Of a stretch of DNA of 24,946 bases, positions 7,211-16,181 are shown piece after piece. Made by a program: the position numbers and the translations under genes. The stretch's first letter is position 1. Every line of letters begins with the position of its first letter. Source of the stretch: a virus (taxonomy: Duplodnaviria; Caudoviricetes); IMG/VR virus record IMGVR_UViG_3300037781_000105, positions 1 through 24,946 of that record. One strand, written 5' to 3'. The notes below the pieces were generated by a model, which was not told where the DNA came from, ran no database searches, and was given only the letters and a program-made list of their open reading frames with translations.

Positions 7211-8893
7211 ATGCGCTTGCGTCCCCGCCAGAAAACCTTCGTCGAGCGCAGTGTTGCTGCGCTCGGCCAACACGGCAACACGCTGAGTGTGGCACCCACC
7301 GGCGCGGGCAAGACCATCATGCTCTCGGCGGTCACCGGCGAGATGATCGGCAACGGTGCCAGGGCTTGCGTGTTGGCCCATCGCGACGAATTGACCGCGC
7401 AGAACCGCGCCAAGTTCCACCGCGTGGTGCCAGAGGTGTCGACATCCGTGATCGACGCCACCGAAAAATCCTGGGGCGGCGACGTCACCTTCGCCATGGT
7501 GCCCACATTGGCGCGGGCCCCGAACCTCGCCGACATGCCACGCCTTGATCTGCTGGTGATCGACGAGGCGCATCACGCGGTGGCGGACAGCTACCGCCGC
7601 ATCATCGACCGGGTGCGCGATGCCAATCCCGACGCGAGGGTGTTCGGGGTGACGGCAACGCCGACCCGCGGCGACCGCAAGGGACTGCGCGAGGTCTTCG
7701 ACAATGTCGCCGACCAGGTGCGTCTGGGTGAGTTGATCGCCTCGGGCCACCTCGTGCCGCCGCGCACCTTTGTCATCGATGTTGGCGTGCAGGAGGAATT
7801 GAAATCGGTCCGAAAGACCAGTGCAGATTTCGACATGACCGAGGTGGCGGACATCATGGACCGCGCGCCTGTCACCGACGAGGTGATCCGCCACTGGCGT
7901 GAGAAAGCGGCAGACCGGCAGACCGTCGTCTTCTGTTCCACCGTCGCCCACACGGAACATGTGACCGAGGCGTTTCGCGCGGCGGGGATCACGGCTGCGC
8001 TGATCCACGGCGATCTGCCGGCCGAGACCCGCAAGGCCATCCTCGCCGACTACGCGGCAGGCAAGACCCGCGTCATCGTGAATGTCGCCGTGTTGACGGA
8101 AGGTTGGGATCACCCACCCACGTCTTGCGTCGTACTGCTTCGGCCCAGTTCCTACAAATCTACCATGATCCAGATGGTCGGGCGCGGGCTGCGCACGGTG
8201 GATCCGGAGGAGCATCCCGGCATCGTCAAGACCGACTGCGTGGTGCTGGATTTCGGCACGTCGAGCCTGATCCACGGCACGCTGGAACAGGATGTCGATC
8301 TGGATGGCAAGACCGGCACCGGTGAAGCCCCGATGAAATCCTGTCCGGCCTGCGAGGCGGAGATCCCGCTCGCCGCCACCGAATGTCCGCTCTGTGGCGA
8401 GGTCATGCTGCAGGATGAGGGCGAGACCGGCGCGGACGCTGCCCCGCTCTCGGGCTTTGTCATGACCGAGATCGACCTGCTGAAACGCTCGAGCTTCGCA
8501 TGGGTCGATCTCTTCGGGACGGACGATGCTCTGATGGCCACGGGCTTTTCGGCCTGGGGCGGCATCTTCTGGATGGACGGCGTCTGGTACGCCATCGGCG
8601 GGGCCAAGCGCGAGCGGCCACGCTTGCTGGGCGTCGGCGAACGCACCGTCTGCCTTGCGCAGGCCGATGACTGGCTCAACACCCACGAGAGCGATGAAAG
8701 CGCCTTCAAGACCAAGTCGTGGCTGCGTCAGCCACCGACGGACAAGCAGTTGCAATACCTGCCGCCCGAGTGCCGGCACGATTTCGGCCTCACGCGCTAT
8801 CGCGCCTCGGCGCTGATGACCTTCAGCTTCAACAAACGCGCCATCCAGGCCGCCGTGAACGCGGTGGCCGGATCCGAACGGAGGGCGGCATGA
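7211..8893 (+). CDS. SF2 DEAD/DEAH-box helicase with a zinc ribbon
   Basis: APTGAGKT, DEAH, TAT, TEGWD, QMVGRGLR; CPAC...CPLC. Confidence 0.93.
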   Translation: MRLRPRQKTFVERSVAALGQHGNTLSVAPTGAGKTIMLSAVTGEMIGNGARACVLAHRDELTAQNRAKFHRVVPEVSTSVIDATEKSWGGDVTFAMVPTLARAPNLADMPRLDLLVIDEAHHAVADSYRRIIDRVRDANPDARVFGVTATPTRGDRKGLREVFDNVADQVRLGELIASGHLVPPRTFVIDVGVQEELKSVRKTSADFDMTEVADIMDRAPVTDEVIRHWREKAADRQTVVFCSTVAHTEHVTEAFRAAGITAALIHGDLPAETRKAILADYAAGKTRVIVNVAVLTEGWDHPPTSCVVLLRPSSYKSTMIQMVGRGLRTVDPEEHPGIVKTDCVVLDFGTSSLIHGTLEQDVDLDGKTGTGEAPMKSCPACEAEIPLAATECPLCGEVMLQDEGETGADAAPLSGFVMTEIDLLKRSSFAWVDLFGTDDALMATGFSAWGGIFWMDGVWYAIGGAKRERPRLLGVGERTVCLAQADDWLNTHESDESAFKTKSWLRQPPTDKQLQYLPPECRHDFGLTRYRASALMTFSFNKRAIQAAVNAVAGSERRAA

Positions 8894-8896
8894 CCC

Positions 8897-9307
8897 ATGA
8901 CATCTTCAACCCCCATCACGGCCGAGGAGCGGCGTCGTCTCTGGCATCCGCGTGGAAGGCTTTGTGCTGTCTGCCGACAACCCACGCGTGGTTTTGGCTG
9001 GCGCGATACGCACCGGTCGAAGCGGCCCCGGCCATCGGTCTGGTTCTGCTCGATGCCCTGCCAAGGCTTGTGGACGCGTTTGGCGCGGGAGCGGTTTGCC
9101 ATGGTTGACCTGACAGAAGAAGAACGCACCGCCGTCACCGCCACCATGAAACGCATCGCCATGCTGATGGACGAGATCGGCTGGCAGACAGCATTTGCCG
9201 ATCTGACCGAGGCTCAGGTGCGCGCCCTGATCGAAGAGTCCGTCGAAGGGTTCCGGGAGGCCATGTCCGACATCGCCAAATCAAACGCGCAGGAGATCCC
9301 GTTTTGA
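8897..9307 (+). CDS. DUF6511-like protein with N-terminal CxxC/CxxxC and C-terminal EIPF
   Basis: CAVC...FCSMPCQ followed by MVDLTEEE...DLTEAQVRALIE. Ends in EIPF and is coupled to the nuclease gene. Confidence 0.7.
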   Translation: MTSSTPITAEERRRLWHPRGRLCAVCRQPTRGFGWRDTHRSKRPRPSVWFCSMPCQGLWTRLARERFAMVDLTEEERTAVTATMKRIAMLMDEIGWQTAFADLTEAQVRALIEESVEGFREAMSDIAKSNAQEIPF

Positions 9308-10065
9308 CATTGGACTTCAATCACCGATCTTCCATGGCCGAGCGGATCAACGCACTGGTCGATGAAGCCCTTGTTGCCGAGCGGGAAGCCGCGCCGCCCC
9401 GGACCTATCTCGGGGCATCCCGCCTTGGGCATGTTTGCGAGCGCGCGCTGCAGTTCGAATTTGCCGGTGCGCCGAAGGATGACGGCGCCGATTTCAGCGG
9501 CCAGACGTTGCGGATTTTCGCCATCGGCCACCAGCTCGAGGATCTCGCCATCCGCTGGCTGCGCGCCGCCGGGATCGATCTGGTGAACCAAAAACGCGAT
9601 GGCGGCCAGTTCGGCTTCTCTGTCGCGGGCGGTCGCATCCGGGGTCATGTCGACGGGATCATCGCTGATGCCCCGGCAGCGCTTGGCATGCGTGTTCCCG
9701 CGCTCTGGGAATGCAAGACCATGAACGCGAAGAACTGGCGCGCCTGCGTCAAGGACGGGGTGACTGTCTCCAAACCCGTCTATGCCGCCCAGATCGCCAT
9801 CTACCAGGCCTACATGGAGCCTTCGGTGCCGGGGATTTCGTCCGCACCGGCGCTGTTCACGGCAATCAACAAGGACACGGCCGAGCTGCACCATGAACTG
9901 GTGCCCTTCGATGCCGATCTAGCGCAGCGCATGTCCGACCGGGCGGTGCGGATCCTGCAGGCTACCGACGCGGGCGAACTGCTGCCCCGCATCGCCACCA
10001 GTCGCGACTTCTTCGAATGCCGGTTCTGCGCCCACGCCGAGCGGTGTTGGAGCCTCACTGCATGA
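9304..10065 (+). CDS. PD-(D/E)XK exonuclease, Cas4-like
   Basis: YLGASRLGHVCER, GHVDG, WECKT, QIAIY, CRFCxxxxxC (1+3 cysteine Fe-S pattern). Confidence 0.85.
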   Translation: MTLDFNHRSSMAERINALVDEALVAEREAAPPRTYLGASRLGHVCERALQFEFAGAPKDDGADFSGQTLRIFAIGHQLEDLAIRWLRAAGIDLVNQKRDGGQFGFSVAGGRIRGHVDGIIADAPAALGMRVPALWECKTMNAKNWRACVKDGVTVSKPVYAAQIAIYQAYMEPSVPGISSAPALFTAINKDTAELHHELVPFDADLAQRMSDRAVRILQATDAGELLPRIATSRDFFECRFCAHAERCWSLTA

Positions 10066-12428
10066 CCGACGAGCCAAGCGATCCATACGACCCCGACCAG
10101 GACAAACCCATGCGCGACGACACAACGCCCGACAAGCCCGCGGAAAACATCGTCCACTTCAATCCGTGGCGCGACTTCAACGACGCGGCCCCTCAGATTG
10201 ATGTGTTCGGCGAGGAGCCTGATCCCGAGCAGATCGCCCGGTTCATGCAGGTCGTCTTCGGCTATTGCGACGGGCTGATCCCGGTCCGTAGTTTCATCGA
10301 CAAGGGCCAGGGCATCGATGGCCGTCCGCACAATATCTGGCTCGAGGCGGATCAGTCCGCACCCGAGAAGATGGCCACCTTCGCCACATGGGCGTCGCGT
10401 GAGGGTGCGGCTGTCTACGTCATCCCCGGCACCGTGGCCGCGTCTGGCCAGGCCAAGGCCGCCGAGATCTTGCAGATGCAGACCATAGTGGTCGATCTCG
10501 ACACCGGCGATATTGCCGCCAAGCGTGCACACCTCGAACGCCACCTCGGTGCCCCGACGATGGTTGTGGAAAGCGGCGGTGTGACACCCAAGGGCCAGCG
10601 GAAAGCCCACGTCTGGTGGGCGCTGACCGAGCCTGCCGAGGGTGAAGACATAGCGCGCGTCTGCCGTCTGCGCGGCGACATTGCCGCCAAGATCGGCGGC
10701 GACATGCATTTCCGCTCGGCGCACCAGCCGATCAGGGTGGCAGGCTCCGTCTATTACAAGAACAGCCTGAAAACGCAGGTGCGTATTGTCGAGTTGAACG
10801 CCGCCCACGAGCGCGATCTGGCCGAGTTCATCGAGGCCGTGACCGACATGCCGCCCGCGCCGGGCGTGTCCCTGCAGCCCAAGTTCACGCATCCGGACAA
10901 ACCGGCGATGGACGATGTGCTGGGCACACCAGTGCGCGAGGGGGCGCAAGACGACTGGTCCCGCTTCGAGGGCGCCTCCGCCGCGATCGGTCATTTCATC
11001 CGCATGGTCCACGAGGGTCGAATGACCAAGGACGAAGGTTGGGAAGGCATCTGCGGCTACAACGCCGCCATGCTGCGCCCACAGTGGCCGGTGGAACGGC
11101 TCAAACGCGAGTCCGAGCGGCTCTGGGAACGCCATGTCGAGAAATACGGACCGCCCCTGATCCGGCTGGATGCCGGCGCACCGGGGCCGGAGGACATGCC
11201 TGCTTTCACGCTGGGCGCGCTTTTGGACGATCAGAGCCCGATGCCCGAGGACATCATCGCGCCGCGTGTCCTTACGCCGGGCGGGCTGCTGGTGCTGGGT
11301 GGCGCGCCCAAGGTGGGCAAGAGCGACCTGCTGATCTCTTGGCTAGTGCACATGGCCGCGGGCGTGCCGTTTCTCGGCTTCACCCCGCCGCGGCCGCTGC
11401 GGATCTTCTACCTGCAGGCGGAGATCCAGTATCACTATCTGCGCGAACGCCTGAAGCAGATCGCCCTGCCGCCGGACGTACTAGCTGCCGCGCGCGATAC
11501 CTTCGTCGCCACGCCCAAGCTCAAGATGCTGCTCGACAATGAGGGCAGTGTCCGCGTGGCGCGCGCCGTGCAAACAGTCTTCCTGGAGGCACCGCCCGAC
11601 ATCCTTTGCGTCGACCCGATCCGCAACCTCTTTGACGGCGGTCCCGATGGTGGCGGCGAGAATGACAACACCGCCATGATGTTCTTCCTGAAAGAACGCA
11701 TTGAGGTTTTACGGGACCATATCGACCCCGACTGCGGGGTGATCCTGATCCACCACACCAAGAAGCTGAGCAAACAGCAGTTGAAGGATGATCCCTTCCT
11801 CGCGCTCTCGGGCGCCAGCGCGCTGCGCGGCTTCTACACCTCCGGCCTGATCCTGCATCGACCCGACGAGGACGCGTCAGAACGCAAGCTGGAAATCGAG
11901 CTTCGGAACGGACCCGCGCTGTCACCCAAGTTGATCGACAAGGTCGGCGGCCAATGGGTCGAGATCAACCCCATGAACGAGCGTCTGGTCCGCCAGGACA
12001 TTGGCGCGAAACACGATGCCGAACGCGATCGCAAGCGCGATGTCATCCTGTCGATCCTGATCGACGAGGCTGCCGACGGTAAACTCTACACCTCGACCCA
12101 GTTCCGCGAAGCGTTTGAGAACCAGCGTGGCCTTGGCAGCCAGTTCACCATTCGCGACCGCATCAATGTGCTGGCGACCAAAGGCGACATCCGCTTTCTG
12201 CGCGACGGCACGAAATTCGGTCACTCCGTGGTCCGGTCGCGCTTCGGTTACCTCTGCGCTGAAGGCATGGTTTTCGGCCACAAGGGGCGGATTGACCCAG
12301 AGACCGGAGAGGTTCTGGACAGCGTCATTCCGGTCGTCCCGAGCCACTATAAATCGCCCTCCAACGGGCAGTGCATGGACCTTGAAGACCCTTCCAATTG
12401 GTCGATTCAGGAGGGTGAAAATGCCTGA
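10062..12428 (+). CDS. Primase-helicase: RepB'-like primase N-terminus plus AAA_25 helicase
   Basis: VDLD, VESGG...HVWW, IRVAGS primase motifs; GAPKVGKS, CVDP, IHHTKK, GASAL helicase motifs. ATGA coupled start. Confidence 0.88.
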   Translation: MTDEPSDPYDPDQDKPMRDDTTPDKPAENIVHFNPWRDFNDAAPQIDVFGEEPDPEQIARFMQVVFGYCDGLIPVRSFIDKGQGIDGRPHNIWLEADQSAPEKMATFATWASREGAAVYVIPGTVAASGQAKAAEILQMQTIVVDLDTGDIAAKRAHLERHLGAPTMVVESGGVTPKGQRKAHVWWALTEPAEGEDIARVCRLRGDIAAKIGGDMHFRSAHQPIRVAGSVYYKNSLKTQVRIVELNAAHERDLAEFIEAVTDMPPAPGVSLQPKFTHPDKPAMDDVLGTPVREGAQDDWSRFEGASAAIGHFIRMVHEGRMTKDEGWEGICGYNAAMLRPQWPVERLKRESERLWERHVEKYGPPLIRLDAGAPGPEDMPAFTLGALLDDQSPMPEDIIAPRVLTPGGLLVLGGAPKVGKSDLLISWLVHMAAGVPFLGFTPPRPLRIFYLQAEIQYHYLRERLKQIALPPDVLAAARDTFVATPKLKMLLDNEGSVRVARAVQTVFLEAPPDILCVDPIRNLFDGGPDGGGENDNTAMMFFLKERIEVLRDHIDPDCGVILIHHTKKLSKQQLKDDPFLALSGASALRGFYTSGLILHRPDEDASERKLEIELRNGPALSPKLIDKVGGQWVEINPMNERLVRQDIGAKHDAERDRKRDVILSILIDEAADGKLYTSTQFREAFENQRGLGSQFTIRDRINVLATKGDIRFLRDGTKFGHSVVRSRFGYLCAEGMVFGHKGRIDPETGEVLDSVIPVVPSHYKSPSNGQCMDLEDPSNWSIQEGENA

Positions 12429-12436
12429 TTTTGGCT

Positions 12437-12619
12437 TGTACGTCCTCTGTTCGACCTCAGGACAAACATGTTCGTCCTCCGCCGTTGTTCGTCCTCAATC
12501 CAATGAAACCAATCACTTGGAGCAAAAAGAGGTCGAACATGTTCGTCCTCTTGTACGACCTCTGTTCGTCCTCGAAACACAAATAAATTCAGTGCCTTAT
12601 GATGATTGGAGGACGAACA
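12437..12619. repeat. Iteron array (TGTWCGWCCTC), putative replication origin
   Basis: Seven direct copies (12437, 12448, 12469, 12486, 12540, 12552, 12563) and three inverted copies (12459 degenerate, 12529, 12609), with AT-rich spacers, immediately after the primase-helicase gene. Confidence 0.8.
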
Positions 12620-12626
12620 ATGGAAG

Positions 12627-12683
12627 CCCCCATACTACGTATGGGGGGCCAACCAGCGGGTTTGGCCCCCATCCCATACGTAG
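12627..12683. repeat. Overlapping inverted repeats (two alternative hairpins) beside the iterons
   Basis: CCCCCATAC-tac-GTATGGGGG, versus CTACGTATGGG/CCCATACGTAG and GGGGGCCAA/TTGGCCCCC. Confidence 0.7.
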
Positions 12684-12750
12684 CCGGGTATCTGCGCGCG
12701 GGCCGATTTGCTCCGCACCTTTCACCTTTCGAGCAGCAATGGAGATGACA

Positions 12751-13269
12751 ATGTCGAACAGGCAAATTGAACCCGTGTGCGAACACCAGACGTCAGACAT
12801 GCCGGGGACCATCCTGGCCCTGGATCTCGGGACCACAACGGGCTGGGCGCTACGGTCCTCGGACGGCCTCATCACCAGCGGCACGGCATCGTTTCGCAAT
12901 GGTCGGTTCGATGGCGGTGGGATGCGATACCTGCGCTTCACCAATTGGCTGGGCGAGATCGAAAAGCTCTCTGGCCCAATCGCAGCGATCTGGTTCGAGG
13001 AAGTCCGTCGCCATTCCGGGACCGATGCGGCGCATGTCTTTGGCGGCCTTATGGCCAGCTTGACCAGTTGGGCTGAACTTCGGGGCATCCCATATCAGGG
13101 TGTCCCCGTCGGCACGATCAAGAAACACGCGACCGGAAAGGGCAACGCGCCGAAACAGGCGATGATTGATGCGGCGCGCAACCGAGGCTTCTGCCCGGCT
13201 GATGACAACGAGGCCGACGCCATTGCAATCCTGCACTGGGCGATCGAGACCGAAGGAGGCGTGGCATGA
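12751..13269 (+). CDS. RuvC-like Holliday junction resolvase
   Basis: ILALDLGTTTGWA, FEEV, IKKHATGKGNAPK, DDNEADA. GGAG RBS at 12741-12744. Confidence 0.85.
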   Translation: MSNRQIEPVCEHQTSDMPGTILALDLGTTTGWALRSSDGLITSGTASFRNGRFDGGGMRYLRFTNWLGEIEKLSGPIAAIWFEEVRRHSGTDAAHVFGGLMASLTSWAELRGIPYQGVPVGTIKKHATGKGNAPKQAMIDAARNRGFCPADDNEADAIAILHWAIETEGGVA

Positions 13270-13469
13270 ACCGAATGAGCTTCGCTCCTCGCGGCTTTGG
13301 GGGCACCCGCCGCAGCCCCGATGAGGTCAAAATAGACGGCTGGAAGGAACAAGGCGTTCTGGCTGTCTCCGTCGATGACAATCGCCTCACATGGCCGGAA
13401 CGCGAACTGGTGCGGCAGCTTGGCGAGCGCCTTTACGGCAAGCGGGAACGGGAGGCGCGCCATGGGTGA
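13266..13469 (+). CDS. Small hypothetical protein
   Basis: Coupled to both neighbours, with a GGAGG RBS. Confidence 0.75.
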   Translation: MNRMSFAPRGFGGTRRSPDEVKIDGWKEQGVLAVSVDDNRLTWPERELVRQLGERLYGKREREARHG

Positions 13470-13908
13470 GTGGACAACCACACGTGTGGAGGAACGGCTG
13501 GAGAGCGCGGCCGATGTCTTCCGCACTTTGCCCGGCGTCATGCCGCAGGGCTTCTTCAACGCCTGGCCCGAGTATTTCCACAGCTTCGCGGACAAGGTCG
13601 GTCAGGAGCCTCAGATGCGGCGGCCCCGACCGGGCCCGCGCCAGATCTCTGAAGCTGAGGAGGCATTGCTCTGGCTGCGCTGGCTGGAACGGGATGATGC
13701 CCGGATCGTCTGGTTGCGGGCCGAGCGCACGGCGTGGAAGCCGATCTGCTGGGAGATGGGGCTCAGCCGGACCGCCGCGACCAAGCGTTGGCAATTCGGC
13801 CTCGCGGTGATCACCTGGCGGCTGCACGGCCGCATGCCTCCGGCCCGGCGCTCGCAGCAGTTCGTCATTGAGAACGCCAAACACCTGTCAAGAAAAATCG
13901 TCCTGTGA
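13462..13908 (+). CDS. DUF6362 family HTH protein, probable late-gene regulator
   Basis: WTTTRVEERLESAA...IVWLRAERTAWKPICWEMGLSRTAATKRW (sigma4-like HTH). Occupies the position of lambda Q. Confidence 0.75.
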   Translation: MGEWTTTRVEERLESAADVFRTLPGVMPQGFFNAWPEYFHSFADKVGQEPQMRRPRPGPRQISEAEEALLWLRWLERDDARIVWLRAERTAWKPICWEMGLSRTAATKRWQFGLAVITWRLHGRMPPARRSQQFVIENAKHLSRKIVL

Positions 13909-13976
13909 GGAAATTTTCCGGTGTACATCGCAGGGCCTTACACATTCCGAGAATGACGCTAGAAATTGAATATACT
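13909..13976 (+). promoter_or_regulatory. Putative late promoter region
   Basis: GGAAATTTTCC palindrome (13909-13919) and -10 TATACT (13971-13976) with no consensus -35. Confidence 0.45.
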
Positions 13977-14017
13977 CGGGAGAGGCGCGTGCGGGACGAC
14001 CTGCTATGCTGGCTTCC

Positions 14018-14279
14018 GGGGTCCAACCGAGGGTCCAGCTGGGGTCCAAGCCGCTAACCCACTGAATTCGCGGGTCCTTCCTGGCCCCAAACGTATACGG
14101 GCGGGCGAAGCGCGCAATATCGCTAGCGACGGGGCCGGTTTTTTGGGAAGCCACCCTTGGCAGGCATCCACCCGCGATCTGCTGAAAACCACAACAAAAC
14201 AAACCTTTGGCATCGGACACGCCCGGTGGCCACTGGACCCCTCGTGGAGTCCAGGCTGGCTGCCGGTGTCCGGAGTCCA
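14018..14279 (+). other. Lambda-like cos packaging site (cosQ, cosN, R-like repeats)
   Basis: GGGTCCT (14072-14078) equals lambda cosQ. TACG|GGCGGGCGAAGC (14100-14111)...TCGCTA parallels lambda TACG|GGGCGGCGACCT...TCGCTA. Six RGRGTCCA repeats flank it. Confidence 0.75.
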
Positions 14280-14303
14280 CCCGATTGAGGCGAACCGACC
14301 CGC

Positions 14304-15614
14304 ATGACCCTGAGCTTTGCCCCGGACGCGATCGAGACGTGGCCGCTGGCCAGGCTCCAGCCCTACGCGAAGAACGCGAAGGCGCATGGTGCGGACCAGG
14401 TCGCGAAGATTGCCGCCAGCATGGCCGAGTTCGGCTGGACCGTGCCGTGCCTCGTCGCCGATGACGGAGAACTGATCGCGGGACATGGCCGGGTGCTGGC
14501 CGCCACGCAGCTAGGGCTGACCGAGGCCCCGGTGATCGTTCTGGCCCATCTGACTGAGGCGCAGCGCCGGGCATATCGCATTGCGGACAACAAGCTGACG
14601 GAACTCGGGACCTGGGATGAGGCGCTGCTGTCGGCCGAGCTGAACGACCTGCTGGCCGAGGACTACGACCTGTCGCTGATTGGTTTCGACGACGCCGAAC
14701 TCGAAGCGCTGTTGGCCGGAGAGGTCGACACCGAGACCGTGTCCCGAGAGGGCGAGGACGATGTTCCGGAGGCACCTGAAACTCCGATCAGCTGTCCCGG
14801 CGATCTCTGGATGCTTGGCAAGCATCGGTTGCTCTGCGGAGACGCGACGGTGGCAATAGACGTCGAGCGTCTGCTCGGCGATGTGGCACCGCTGCTGATG
14901 GTCACCGATCCGCCTTATGGCGTCGAATACGATCCGGGCTGGCGCAACAAGGCGGGAGCCGCTGCGACCAGGCGCACCGGGAAGGTGCTGAATGACGACC
15001 GCGCTGACTGGCGCGAGGCGTGGGAGCTGTTCCCGGGCGATGTGGCCTATGTCTGGCACGGCGCGCTGCATGCGACGACGGTCGCGGAAAGCCTCGAGGC
15101 CTCTGGCTTCAATATCCGGTCCCAGATCATCTGGGCCAAGGATCGCCTGGTGCTGAGCCGCGGCGACTATCACTGGCAGCACGAACCCTGCCTCTATGCC
15201 GTGAAGAAAACCGGCAAGGGTCACTGGGCGGGCGACCGCAAGCAGACCACGCTCTGGCAAATCGCCAACAAGGATCAGGATGCGGAAACCGTGCATGGCA
15301 CGCAAAAGCCCGTCGAATGCATGCGACGGCCGATCCTCAACAATTCAAGCCCCGGGCAGGCGGTCTACGAGCCCTTCATGGGATCGGGCACCACGCTGAT
15401 CGCGGCAGAGACCACGGGCCGTGTGTGCTTCGGGATCGAATTGAACCCGGCCTATGTCGATGTCGCCATTGAACGATGGCAGCGTTTCACCGGGAAGGAT
15501 GCCATTCTGGAAGGGCAGGACCGAACTTTCTCCGACGCACGTCAAGAGCGAGATAAACCGGCTCAGGACCGGGCAGAAGTCGGCTCCAACGGCTCCTCTC
15601 CGGAAGCGGCGTAA
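14304..15614 (+). CDS. ParB-like domain plus N6-adenine/N4-cytosine DNA methyltransferase (beta class)
   Basis: IAGHGRVLAA...YRIADNK ParB/Srx fold; TDPPY catalytic motif precedes HGTQKP and the EPFMGSGTT SAM motif. Confidence 0.92.
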   Translation: MTLSFAPDAIETWPLARLQPYAKNAKAHGADQVAKIAASMAEFGWTVPCLVADDGELIAGHGRVLAATQLGLTEAPVIVLAHLTEAQRRAYRIADNKLTELGTWDEALLSAELNDLLAEDYDLSLIGFDDAELEALLAGEVDTETVSREGEDDVPEAPETPISCPGDLWMLGKHRLLCGDATVAIDVERLLGDVAPLLMVTDPPYGVEYDPGWRNKAGAAATRRTGKVLNDDRADWREAWELFPGDVAYVWHGALHATTVAESLEASGFNIRSQIIWAKDRLVLSRGDYHWQHEPCLYAVKKTGKGHWAGDRKQTTLWQIANKDQDAETVHGTQKPVECMRRPILNNSSPGQAVYEPFMGSGTTLIAAETTGRVCFGIELNPAYVDVAIERWQRFTGKDAILEGQDRTFSDARQERDKPAQDRAEVGSNGSSPEAA

Positions 15615-16126
15615 AAGCGAATGTCGGCAATGGATACGTCGGCCTCGAACTCCCGGCCAATCGCAACCAGACCAACTCGGCGAAGGCGGGCAGCGTTCAA
15701 CGGCCGTTCTGTTCGATGCGGCACGAACTCGGAAAATGGAAGATAGGCAGTCGTCCAGCGGGACGGAGCGCAAAAACTCTGGCGGTAAGACTCCCAGGGG
15801 CGGTGAATGTCCGATGTCCGCAGGTGCAGGTTGTAGGCCTGGTCGTTCCCGAAAACGTCCAATTTGATTCCGGTCCACCTTGTCGCGTCGATTTCACCGC
15901 CAGCATCACCAAGATCCAGTGCGACCTGGAGAAAGCCACCATTGTTCTCGAGGCTGACACCGCCTTGCATGCGGATCGCCTCGCGGCCGTCGACAATTTC
16001 GCGTCGCATCGTTCCGGTCGAAACCCCGCCCATCACACGGTCAGAAATGAGCGCCCAGCCGTTCCCAGTCACGGCCATCGGTGAGGTGTGACGGAGATCG
16101 TCAATTATTTCAGGGGCATCGATCAT
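15563..16126 (-). CDS. CIA30 (NDUFAF1-like) family protein, accessory gene
   Basis: WALISDRVMGGVS, GGVSLENNGGF, YRQSF, LPFSEFVP. Start uncertain (16126 or 16078). Confidence 0.85.
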   Translation of the reverse strand: MIDAPEIIDDLRHTSPMAVTGNGWALISDRVMGGVSTGTMRREIVDGREAIRMQGGVSLENNGGFLQVALDLGDAGGEIDATRWTGIKLDVFGNDQAYNLHLRTSDIHRPWESYRQSFCAPSRWTTAYLPFSEFVPHRTERPLNAARLRRVGLVAIGREFEADVSIADIRFYAASGEEPLEPTSARS

Positions 16127-16181
16127 GATCAGAACTTCAACTACTTCGGCCTCAGATTTAAGAACTCCTGTCCACGACGCA

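Noticed and set aside
6389-8779. 796-aa minus-strand ORF (also 9810-11135, 18565-19797, 22861-23748 and similar)
   Set aside because: Antisense shadows of well-supported high-GC genes, with no motifs or RBS.
9304-10065. Cas4-like gene as a CRISPR component
   Set aside because: No array or other cas genes. The context is a phage recombination module.
12437-12619. Repeat cluster as a CRISPR array
   Set aside because: 11-nt units in both orientations with irregular, often zero-length spacers.
12115-12750. Long N-terminal extension of the RuvC-like ORF
   Set aside because: It overlaps the primase gene and runs through the iterons. An RBS and ATG sit at 12741-12753. A coupled start at ATG 12421 is not formally excluded.
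13966-14307. ORFs across the cos region
   Set aside because: The interval is better explained by promoter, cos and repeats.
14304-15614. Restriction-modification system
   Set aside because: No cognate endonuclease nearby. Orphan ParB-methyltransferases before terminase genes are common in phages.
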